Below, one piece after another: positions 50,186 to 61,747 of a stretch of DNA of 64,000 nt (the first letter of the stretch is position 1; each line of letters starts with the position of its first letter). The notes under the pieces are model-generated. The model saw nothing but the letters and a program-made list of their open reading frames with translations. It had not been told where the DNA came from and did no database searches. A program made the translations under genes and the position numbers. Origin of the DNA: Antedon mediterranea. Lineage: Eukaryota; Animalia; Echinodermata. The stretch spans positions 10,562,101-10,626,100 of the forward strand of contig NC_092677.1 of NCBI RefSeq assembly GCF_964355755.1. The letters are read 5' to 3'.

Positions 50186-51545
50186 ACACAAAATAAAATC
50201 TTATTTCCAAAGGAATTCAAGGTAAAAGATACTTAATACTTTTTAAAAGTTGATTTGTGTCATTTGAAAGTTTGTTCCATAATTAAGGTTGATCGATATA
50301 CTTGTTCTTTTACCTTGTGTATTTTTCCATGATGGTTCAATAAGTGTGTAAGTATAATTAAGAAAGACAAAACATAACAAAACCACCATGAAATTAAAAA
50401 CTTTGAATTCGAACCAAGGAGCTGAGAAATTGGATGGGTATGGGAGCTCATTTATATTAGAGTTATTTCACAACCTTGTGCAAGTAGCATGTTAGTCTTA
50501 TGTAACTCAACTGTGAGCTATTTTCTAAACACACAGTTCTGATGACAATGAAGTACTTGTACAATGGTATGTGCCAACCAATCTAGTCTTCAGAAATTTA
50601 AGGGATTAAGAAATAAGATTTCTTTATGTAATGGACAATATACTTGTATAAAGTTGCTTTCTGGAATTAATCCTTTAATTGAAAGATATAATGACAACTT
50701 TGTTAGAAAAAAATACTATTTCCAGAAATAGAAAGGCATGATTAACAGAAATGTATAAAGAAATGTTTGCATATCCTGATCAATACCCTGATCAATGTAC
50801 AATGTACTAATTGTTCCGACATTAAAAAATTCAATTAATGCACAAAAATGTTAATGTTCGGTTGCAATAGTAAAGTTAGAATGATAGAGGGCGCATGACC
50901 TAAGTTATCATACACTGTTTTGGAAATTTCGATTTTACTTCATGTTTCTAGTTAGGAAATATTATAAAATAATAAAATTCATAATCAATGATAAGGAATT
51001 TTTTTTAATAGTTTCTACAACAGCATGGATTAGTAAATTTGATTCTCATATGTACTTCTAGGGCTGTCAATATTTGGCAAATACGGTAATATTAAAGCAA
51101 AAATAAGCTCACATCCTTCATTCATTCAATACAAAACAAATAATAAAAATAATGGAACATCCACTTACTTTTTTTTTTTAAATTTTCATTTTAGGCAAAT
51201 TGCCAAGGATTACCACAAGTGAATTCATTCACTATCCTTCTCAAAGATGGCAATCCCATTCACAAGTCAAACATATACACAAGATGCTCTACATAAACAA
51301 AGACTTATTATTTAATCTTTGGGAGTGGAGTTGTAAATTGTCATGAGAAAAAACCCTGACATATGACAGGACTTGAACTCAGGACCCTTAGATTGGTAGA
51401 AAAGCATCATAACCACCAAGCCACAGCTTTTAGTATTACCTTTTGTTTAGCTTTAATTGGCATCAACCTCTGAATCTTCTGTAAAGTGTATGGCATCAAC
51501 TCTTTCTAGTGAGAAAGGCGTGTTTGAAAACGGTGTCATCGTACC

Positions 51546-51713
51546 CAGAGGCGGATCCAGAAAGTGGGAGGGGGAAATTGTAGCACTTGGGTTACATGCT
51601 TCTTTAAAGCTAAAATGACATTATGAACTACTTTTGATATCTATTTTTGACAGACTATACAATATATTTATATTATGATAGCCCTTGTTAGAAAAATCCT
51701 TGATCCGCCTCTG
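51546..51713. mobile_element. MITE with cagaggcggatc / gatccgcctctg termini
   Basis: Perfect 12-bp terminal inverted repeat. Confidence 0.65.
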
Positions 51714-51970
51714 GTATCTACATGAATGTACTTGGTGATTGGTGGTCGTCTGTCAAAATAACTCGTGCAGGTTTAAAATGTGTGAATTGTTAATATGATT
51801 CAATAATGTGTTAATAATGTGTTAATACTGAATGAACACTAACAGAACAAAACAAGTTATATATAACAACAATAGTTTATTTTGAACAATATAGATTTCA
51901 TAGCAAAAGAGTTAGAAAACAGTGACAATTAAGTGTTTTAAATCATAAAATTGCCTTTTGTTTATTTTCT

Positions 51971-54900
51971 TTAATCATCTGAGCTATCACTGTCCGTACT
52001 GCTGTCAGAGTCTCGCTCAAGTCGTCGCCGACTGGAAGAATGTTTCTGCTTGCTTCTGTGTTTATGCTTTTTTTTTGTGAAAGAGAAAAAACATATTTTC
52101 ATACTATGTTTTGCTATTGTAATTATTAAAAGCTCTGCAACAATAATAAAATGTTAAATTACCATCTCCTTGGTCTACAGTTCTGAAAGAGTCTTAATTT
52201 AGAATGGTTGGTTATAGTTCCTATCATGCATTTACAGGCATTTAAATGAAGCAAAGTTAGAGGGGCTGGTAATTGCAGCGAGTGACAAACACCAAATAAA
52301 CAGATTTACCTTTTAACTGAAGCATTTAACTGAATATTTATAGGGGCTGAACTGAAGGATAATAATAGGGTTGTTAATTGGAGCAAGTGACAAATATTAA
52401 ATAAATAGATTTACCTTTTAACTGAAGCATTTAACTGAATGATATTTAGAGGGGATGGACAGAAGGATAATTGGAGACTATAGGCTGTTAAAATTGGGTT
52501 CAGTAATAAATACTAAATAAACACTTATAGACGTACCTTTTTTTCTTTCTTGTGTTTGCTTTTATGCTTCTCCTTCTTCCTTCGTTTATGTTTATGTTTC
52601 TTTTCATCATCTACATGTCTCTTTAATTTTGTTTGTTTGTAATTTTTGTCATTGTTCTTAATCTTACTTTCTCTTTTTTCTTTACTTATATATAAATGTT
52701 TGTGTTTATTTGAGTTAGATGAATTCGCCCCTGAACTTTCACTGGGCGGTGGAGGTAGCGCCGGACCATACATATCATCTGGGGTGGCTTTCGTCTCAAC
52801 TATAGCAGGTAAATCATTGCTCTCGTTTTTGTTAGATGAAGGTTCCGAGATTGATAGGTTATTATCAGTCATTGAACCTTGGAATATTTCACTAATTTCT
52901 TTTCTGCTTTTTTTCAATTGATCTAGAAAAAAGAAAGAGTTTATTTATTGATATTCACAGTATTATGTGCTCAAAGGAAGAAAAAACCTAAATAAAAATA
53001 ACGCATCTAAGCCCAATAAGTTTTTCTCAAACACCCATAATCAGTGCAAAGTTGTGATTGCCCATACCAGGTACCCATTTGTACCCCTGGGTGGAGAGAG
53101 GCAAACATAAGTAAAGTATATTGCCTAAAGATACCAGTAATGCAACAAGCGCGTTGGATTCGAATCCACGATCAGTATTCCGACATCCAATACACTGCGC
53201 CACACTCTGTCACCTAAGAGAGAATAAGAAGTTATAACTATCTCGCCTTCTATTTCTTGACTTAATTTATTCTCCTCTTCTTTTTTCTTGTTTTCTTCCT
53301 CACTTTCATTGTCAGATGAATTGTCACTATCTTCTGATGACTCATCTTGAAAGATAGCCTTAAATAAATCCATTGAAGGCCGTTTTTCTTCAGCTATTTC
53401 CTCTTCTTCAGACTACAAATAATTAATATATACCATAAAAGAAACCAAACAATTTACACACAGATGGTTTTATTAGGTTTGTTAAGTGGTCGGATGCAAT
53501 TTCGTCAAATCTAGGTCCAGGTGACGACATTGGATTCTGTAATAGACATATGCATTTAACGTTTTTGTACAGTCGTCGCAAACATTTTAGTGGACAACAA
53601 TGAGTTATGGTAACGTCCTAGAAAGCTCCCTATTAAATATTTTTATGTAATTGTCCCACAAATACTGATTACATGTAAAGCTCTGTCTACATTGTCAAAC
53701 TAGTTTGACAAAAAATTGTGATGTGCCAAAATATGGTAGTGATATGCTCAAATATGGTATGGATATGACATCATCATGTCCATATATAGGCGCATCACAT
53801 TCAGTATTGACAGAGCTTTAGAAATAAATGAATAAATTACATACTTTGGTCTTGGCAGGTTCCTTCACTATTGTATTTTCCTCCACTGATTTAAAATTTG
53901 AAAATATACCACCTGATTGTAGAATTGGATGCACAGGTTTGGCAGGTTTAATTATATCAACCTCTTCTGTTAAAAAAACACAAATAAAAAATAACATTGT
54001 CTTCCAATGCACATAATTCTAGTATTCTTCTAAATATATTGATTTGACATAAATATTGCCATATTGCAGAACACACTCTTGCTTTATATTATATAAAATA
54101 CAATGTGCTTATACTCTTTATTGCAAAATATTATACAAAAACAATTGGCTAAAGCAATCTGGCTAAAGCAAGGTCATTAACTACAACTCTATACACTATC
54201 AAACTTGATGTGCCCATATATGGACACGGTGATGTCATGTTACTACCATATTTGGGCACATCATATTTTTTTTCTACTATATTAAACTTATCAAATTACA
54301 ATCTTTACCTTGTAAAGGTTGTGATATGTTTTGGTTTTCTGAACTGCTATCCCAGCTAGGAACTGACATGAAGTTGTAAATAGAAGCCTTCTCTTTCTTG
54401 ATGGTTGGTATACCAATTATTGAAGATCTATGAAATACAAGATTAAAAATATATCTTTCTTAAAATGAATACTCTACCCTACAAAAACTTTGAAGAAAAG
54501 GTTTTAAGCTATGTCCACACCAAGTTCGGGCTTGCTATAGTGTCCGGAGAAAACTCTATGTTATGTTTTTCAGCTTTATATATGCACATAGCTGCGTGAC
54601 AACGAAACACTGATTTTTAATTTGATTTGCCTGAATTGGCTGGAACAAGTATGAAAGACCCTTAAGAAAAGTTTAAGCTACATTTACATTAAGCTTTGAT
54701 TTTGTGAACGCATATTTACCCTAGATATGGATCAGGAATATTAAAACGCTTGCAGAGTAATCTGTCAGGATGCCATTCAAATGTGTTCCTCGTTAAATGT
54801 CCAAACATCTTCATCTCAGCAGCTTTTACTTGTTCTCCTTTTCCACTCTAAAAACAACTACTGTATTAATCATCATTAAGCCTATTTTCCACTAGGTGAA

Positions 54901-57900
54901 TTTAATCATGCGAATCGAAAATGTCAGGTTATATGAATGCATAGAGAAGGATTTAGACGATGGAAACATGAATATGTATGCGTATAAGCTGCCGCGTACG
55001 ATTCGTGCGAACAAATTCGCCTAGTGGAAAATCGGCTTTATGAAAATTTTAACAAGGCATTAAGCTTTCATAGTCTTATGCACTAACTAGTGGATGTGCT
55101 TCGCAAATAACAATTGTTCTGTGAAATATTTCTTGGGTACTTCATAGTGAAAAAAAGAGTATAATGTAATGTATAAAATGGTATACAGTAGAAGCCATTA
55201 AGGAGACACATTACGATGAAACTTTATTTTAACACTACAGTCAACCTCTATTCAGACACCTCTATTATGGAGACAAGTTGAGGTACAAAAGTGTCTCCCT
55301 TAATAAGTGTTCTACTGTAGCTTGTGAACAAAGGTTAGGACATGCTTATTCAACTACTTCTTTCCTCTTGATGGGTGAGTTGTATAGCAACTAGCTGTAG
55401 CAAATTCATATCTATCATTCACTATTTCGTCAAACGCACATTACAACGGTACAATTGTAGCTACCAATTAAGCTTGCTTCCCACTAGAGACGCAATGCAA
55501 GGAGGTTGCTTTTCATTGGTGAACTTACTTGGATTGCATCTACATCCTTGTCTGGCATCTCTAGTAGGACCTAAGCTTTAGAAAGCAATCTTTTTACTTG
55601 TAATCTACTAAGATACTTATGTTAAAAGAAAAACATTTTTACCGTTTGACCTGGTTGTACATCCACCTTGCTGTCATCGTCATCAGCATATTTAGCTATT
55701 GTAAACCTAGATGCCATTGCACTTGAGAGGGGCTTATAGAGTACAGAGGCTCTGGTAAACTCATCATGTTCCCTCCGACGTTCCCACTCCGTCATAGTGT
55801 CTGTCACTGCAGCTAAAATGAATTAATTGATCAAAGTGTGTAAATTATAAATAGACAATACATTACTACAAGATAGTGTAAATAGAGAACTAAATTCAAC
55901 AAATCAATGAAAAGTTAAAATTACTCAAATGAGAAAGAAAAAAATAAATACAATCAAACCTATTACCGTATATCTAATGGTATAATCCCATCCTGCGAAA
56001 ACACACATTTGGGCCGACTTTGGGGGTGGGACTATACCCGGGGACACCCTGATTCAAGACAAAATTGATAGGTAAGCATTTTTTGTAAAAACTCATCTGA
56101 ACTGGCTAGAGAGAGAGGTCTACATCCAGACCAAAAGTCAACACTGGGATTATACCCTGGGATATGCCTGTTTGTGAAACAAACAAACATAAAGTAGGGG
56201 TGGGATTAGACCCAAGGATATACGGTAATATAATCATAACTGCTAAACGTACTATCAGAGCCTTTGCCTTTGTTTTTCAAGAAATCTTCATATCGCTGCT
56301 GTTTGGCAGGATCTTTAACAAACGGCTTAAAACTCAACATTCCACTAACTGTTGGTGCTAGAGTACTTTCAGGTACAACTGGTTGAGAGGGTTGTGCAAA
56401 CCTTGACTCCATCTTAGCCCTCTGAGCGCTGACTAGGCTAGCAACAGCTGATTCTATGTCTTGCTGGTTGACAGTAGATGGAGGCTGGTATGATGGCTTT
56501 GAGGTTTCTTGTGGATCAACTTTTGAAACAGCTTTCTTTTTTATCTCTTTTAATTCTGGAGCTGTACAAATAAGAAGAAAATGTATGCTAAAAAATTATG
56601 CATATTTCTGAATCAAAACTGATTAAAATTGCTAGATTCATTAAACATTAGTTAAAACTAACTTTTTAGCCAATTAGTTTCCTCTTTAACCAATTAGTTT
56701 CCTCTAAGTTCCTATTTAACCAAATGATTTAGTAAACTAAGTTCGCAGTCAATCTATTCCTAGTTGGTTGCCCAAATAACCTAGGCCTAAATGTATACCT
56801 TACCTGGTAATTGTTCTTCACCCAGTAAAGCTCCTCTCTGTATTGCACTCATAGTGAATAATTTACTTGTAAACTTAGGCCCAGCCGGTTGAACATTCTC
56901 CATACTATGATGTGGTTTAAAATCCCTTGGCAACTCGGGAGCGGGATAAACCTAAAGGAAATTATTATGAAACATTAGTAAAGTTCAGCTTCCTGATGAA
57001 TTGCATCTGGAATGCTAACAATACAGAGAACATAAAAAATTACCTCATTGATAGCTTCCCAAATTTTAAATCAAGCGAAGTTAAAGCTACCACAGTACTG
57101 TAAACATTCATAGTGATCTATTTGCTTCAAAGCATATGTGGCATCAATGTTTTGCAAAAAGAGTTAGTTTGACAAAAAAAGTGTGATGTACACGAATATG
57201 GCAGTGATGCCTTAATAAGGTAGTGGTATGCATCATCCTTTTCATATATGCTAACTTTTCTGGCTGTTTTACTTTATCGTTTTGATTTAGCTTTTCGCTT
57301 TTTTTTTTGTATCCAGCCACTGATACCCACAGCATTGTCATTTTTTCAGTAATTTTCCATATATATGCGCATCATTTTTTTCAAAGTTTAATTGTGTAGA
57401 CAGAGCTTAAGAAAGTATCAAACTGTGCCTTTACCTTATTTGGTGGTCTGGAGTTAGCGGATAGTGTGAAACCATCTAAAAGTTTGGAAATATGACTAAC
57501 ATCTTTAACTAAAATGTATAAAAAAAGAATGTATTTAGTAAATCGGAATTAAATGAGTAAATGGAGCTTTAGCTTGTCCCTCATGACTGTAAAACTACTT
57601 TACTCCTTAGTAGGCCTTATATTTTATATATTTCATACGACTTTGAAAGTCCATTAAATGTAACAGCTTCAAGTGGAGCATCCAGAAAAGAGGGCGGGGG
57701 GGAGATTATCTGCATCATATATACTATTTAATTTCTAAATCTGAATTTCTTACATCTTGATTTTAAAGGTTTGTTTGCCTTGGAAGATGAAACCTCATCT
57801 CCAATGAACTGATCATAATTTGACATGTGATCCGTAGAGTAAATATCATCATCTTGATCTTCAAAAGCACCAACACCAAATGCCTGTATAGCAATAAACA

Positions 57901-60900
57901 TAAAAATAAACGAAATATGTATTACACCCGCGATAATTAAATACTTTACATACCTTGGTAATAACCAGACCTCTTAATAATCCATTAATATGAAATAAAT
58001 ATGCAAATGGTCATCTTTGTATTTAAATATGAATACGAAAAATGATACATAAAATGTGTAACACAGTTTCTTATCCCCTGTCTACACTATCAAACTTTAT
58101 GTGACAAAAAAATGTGATGTGCCCATATATGGACATGATGATGTCATATCACTACCATGTTTGGGCACATCACTACCATATTTGACACATCAAATTCAGG
58201 AACCAACAAAGTGTACTCTTAATAGGAGTTTTTTTGTCAAATTAGTTTGATAGTGTAGGCAGAGCTTTAGGGACAATTGAATTTTGTATGTAAATAGTAT
58301 AGTTAGTATATGAAAAAAACTTAATTAAAATACTTACTACACCTCTCATGCCCAATTTCCCCGAAGAACTCTTGGTGGCAATTGGCTGTTTCTCAAAAAG
58401 ATTCAAATGTTCATGCCCTCCAAACATGGCCGTCCGAGAATCAATGCCTTTGTAGCCAATGCCATGCTGATTGTCTTTGGTACGAAACTTAAATGATTCA
58501 ACGTCCTTGGGAGCAAAGTAATGACCTTGTGCATACTCATCCTCGCTGGACTGGTCACCATCAGCTTGGGAAATGGCACAACCATAAACTTTATCTGTGA
58601 GATAAATATTTCTGTTCAGTTTTTATACTTAGTATTTGGACTCACTGTTATCATAAATTCTGTTTTCAATTAGCGAATATTTTCTTGCGAATCGAGCATT
58701 CCCGAGTGATTAGTGAATGATTGGTTCGGCAATTATTCACGTCACAGAAAGAAGATGAAAATATCAATATGCATGTATATTATTCAATGCTTTCAATTCG
58801 CGCAAATAAATTCGCCAAGTGGAAAACAGGGTTATGTAATAATATATCTATTTTTGAGTTAGATTCTTTCACAGATTAAATAGTGTCTTCATGCAGAATA
58901 CATAAAGCTCTGTCTACACTATCAAACTAGTTTTAAAAAAAGAGTGAATGTGCCCAAATGTGGTTGTGATACGCCCAAATATGGTAGTGATATGACATCA
59001 TCATGTCCATATATGGACATCACATTTTTTTTGTCACATAAAGCTTGATAGTGTAGACAGAGATTTATATCGCAAAGTTACGATTTTCTAGATTTCAACA
59101 TTAAATTTCCAGAAACGAGACTTTAGGAGTTAAAAATTTAATAGTTTGACATTTAAAAAACAGAATATCAATGAATTAGCATGTACCTTGTCTTTGTTTC
59201 TGTCTTGGTCCAATTCCTTGTCCATGTCTCCATCCCATCTTTCGAAGAAGTCGGATACCAATGGATTCTCTATATTAATATACGAGAAAACCATTCTATA
59301 TTAAAACACATTCTTCCAAAATGTCTTTAAATCATAAAATTCTTCTTTACACTTAAAGTAGTGAAGCTGTAGTTTGGCAGTTAACATGCTTGCCTTCAAA
59401 TCCTAAGGTATGGGATTCAATCCTGATCTAGTGCCAGTTGGTTGTAACTCACGACTCTTTTGAAACTCCACTCCATAAGCCTCAAATAAGACTTAGTTTA
59501 TAACCACAATAAATTATAAAATAGTTTATCCATCCTTTAATTGGCGAGTTTCTCGCTGTTGGATGCATATGAAATAAAAACTAATTAAAAAAATACCTGT
59601 TAGGTTGTATAAGATCCTGCAATGGAGCATGTCCTGGTATGACTCCTCCATCGATGTCTACCCTTACTTTCTTTTTGCGGTCTTCTTGCTGATCATAAGT
59701 ATCTGTAGTTGTGATCTGTCTTGGTGCTATTCCATATTCTCCAAAATCCTAAAAAAAACACACATAACTATGTACAATTCCCCAAAATTAAAAAAAAAAG
59801 CACTATTTATAATTTGAAAAAAAACTTCAATTATTAAGTTCCATTGCCGAATGATCCTAATGATACACTTTGTTATTACCCGTTACAAAATTATGTACAT
59901 ATTTGGATAGAGAATTTAAACATCTAAGTTGTACTATAGAAGCTTGAGACTTTTAAATACTTTATCTATGTGTAGAGTATGTAAAAAGTTTTCTCAATGG
60001 ATTAGGCACAGGTAAAGAATGGGATAACAGCCACTGTATGACATATGGTGTCCAGAAGGAATGGAGAGAATAGGATGGCCTAAAACAATGTGGAGGTGGA
60101 CAGTGGAAAAGAATGGGAATCTTGGAACACTGCAAAGCTTGTGGCTAAAGACAGGGTTCACTGGAGAAAAACATGTGCAGCCTCATGGGCCGAAGGCTTA
60201 TGGGCTACAGGCCCTAAAGAGGATATGTAAGTTATGTAAAAACAGTTTAAATGAGCAATAGAAAGCCTACATCCTCATCCATGAAATCCTCAGGTTGCTG
60301 ATGTTTCTTTTCTTCTTTCTTTGAACGTGACGACACAAATGTTGATGGGGTCCATCCTGAAAAACAAAAGTAGATTTACAAATACATTATTTTATTAGAA
60401 ATGCTATAATAAATTTCAAAGAAAAATAAAAAAAAAAGGAAAAAGTTAAAATAAAAAGCGGAATAAAATATGTGTGTATTTTTACCTTTTTGTGATCCAA
60501 CTGTATTGTAGTACCCAGCTGAAAAACCACCACTAAATGCTCCATGGAAACGTCGCCGTCCCTGTTTATCAGTTACTACCTGAGCTTCTATCAGAGTGGG
60601 TTTCTTTCTTGGAGCATCTAAAAATAAAGCAATTAATTTATACAAATTATACACGGTCTAATTAAATATATCAAGTTATTAATCTTATTATAAACATGTT
60701 ATTTATTATTAATATTAGCCTAGGCCTATAGTCTAACTCTAATAAGGCCTATAAAGACATATTAGTTTACATCATTCATATATCAATTTTCACGTCTGAT
60801 GCACTTAGGTAGGCCTAGGTTTTGTATTGTACGTCAGTAATATATATAGGCTAGGACCAATCGTCCACACAAAAATGGGGCAACAGGGAGAAACGTGCTC

Positions 60901-61132
60901 TCTCTACCACCTAACCTGCCTACTCACTCACGCTAGCGGTAGTGTCCGCTACGTAGTAGACAAGATTCACTGTACCGTAAACAAATGTAGTCACTGAAAA
61001 AAATATATATAATCTATTGAACTATCTAGAATAGGTTGCCACATTTAAAAAATATGTACCTTCATCCAAAATTTCAACAGGAGTTCCGTAAGTAACAAAT
61101 GTTTCTTCGTCGTCGGAGTCGTCTGCCGCCAT
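51971..61132 (-). CDS. GPATCH1: G patch domain-containing protein 1, 17 exons, about 876 aa
   Basis: Exons 61060-61132, 60486-60617, 60271-60356, 59597-59748, 59187-59269, 58338-58594, 57754-57883, 57435-57508, 56804-56951, 56253-56561, 55643-55812, 54720-54847, 54309-54427, 53845-53966, 53247-53412, 52537-52922, 51971-52066 join in frame (2631 bp). Family motifs: [51 protein letters not shown]-patch [78 protein letters not shown] and a Lys/His-rich tail. The last two junctions are less certain. Confidence 0.93.
52255..52470. repeat. ~105-bp tandem duplication in the last GPATCH1 intron
   Basis: agatttaccttttaactgaagcatttaactgaat at 52302 and 52407. Confidence 0.75.
53060..53205 (-). mobile_element. 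tRNA-derived SINE fragment
   Basis: Minus strand: GTGGCGCAGTG A box, GGATTCGAATCC B box and core CTCTCCACCCAGGGGTACAAATGGGTACCTGG, similar to the 12334-12574 core. Confidence 0.65.
53679..53817. mobile_element. PIF/Harbinger-like MITE family A
   Basis: agctctgtc ... gacagagct termini flanked by taa/tta. Confidence 0.75.
54879..55037. mobile_element. PIF/Harbinger-like MITE family B
   Basis: TIR agcctattttccactagg / cctagtggaaaatcggct with TTA TSD on both sides; related copy at ~58655-58833. Confidence 0.8.
55471..55577. mobile_element. PIF/Harbinger-like MITE family C
   Basis: agcttgcttcccactagaga / tctctagtaggacctaagct with TTA TSD; related fragment near 20352. Confidence 0.65.
58074..58266. 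mobile_element. PIF/Harbinger-like MITE family A
   Basis: ctgtctacactatcaaact ... agtttgatagtgtaggcagagct. Confidence 0.75.
58906..59064. mobile_element. PIF/Harbinger-like MITE family A, near-complete copy
   Basis: taa|agctctgtctacactatcaa ... ttgatagtgtagacagagat|tta. Confidence 0.8.
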
Positions 61133-61300
61133 GTTGTTGCTGTCATTTCGGTATAGAGGGCGCTCGATTACAAACATTTGACAAATGGCGACTTGCGCGT
61201 AATGTAAGTCACCTGATTTGTCACTCCTACTTTTGTAGAAAAAACAACTTTAGTAAAATAGTTTTCACATAATACCCTTGCAGCAGTAAAACTGAAAAAC
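61133..61300. promoter_or_regulatory. Compact bidirectional promoter / 5' UTR region
   Basis: 168 bp between the GPATCH1 ATG (minus) and a plus-strand ATG exon; CpG-enriched; contains tagagggcgc (CTCF-like) and aaatggcg (YY1-like) words. Confidence 0.5.
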
Positions 61301-61358
61301 ATGATCATGCCTGGTGGCGATTCGTTATCTGTTCATGGTACTGGTGGTGCGATTGATG
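61301..61358 (+). CDS. Probable first coding exon of an unidentified divergent gene (MIMPGGDSLSVHGTGGAID...)
   Basis: aaaaacATG context, 19 open codons, strong G|gtaagg donor; possible 5' UTR intron 61204-61283 (gtaagt ... ttgcag). No downstream exon recognised in the window. Confidence 0.5.
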
Positions 61359-61747
61359 GTAAGGCTCTCATTCGACCATATGATATAGCCTAGGCTATAC
61401 TAATATCTAGGCCTAGTTAGGCCCCTATCTATATACTAATATATAGGCTAGGCCATAGGCCAGGCCCTGGCCTACCTAGGCCTAGTAGTAGTAGGCTAGT
61501 CAAGCCAGACCCTTAGGCTATGCTATGCCTAAATGAAAGGGCCCTGCCCCGGCGACCGGGACTTCTTCTAGATTGTATTAATAGTAGTAGGCCGGGCCTA
61601 GCCTAGTAGTATGTACGTAGTAACTAGGTAGTAGTAGACTAGGTAGGCTACAAAAAGGCTGGTGGTAGTCTAGTAATTTAGGCATATACCATAGACCTAC
61701 TGTGTTGCAAGTTTGTTACCATACATAATTAATAATAACAATGTATC

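Noticed and set aside
52646-54016. Plus-strand ORFs at 52646-52921 and 53828-54016
   Set aside because: Antisense shadows of GPATCH1 exons.
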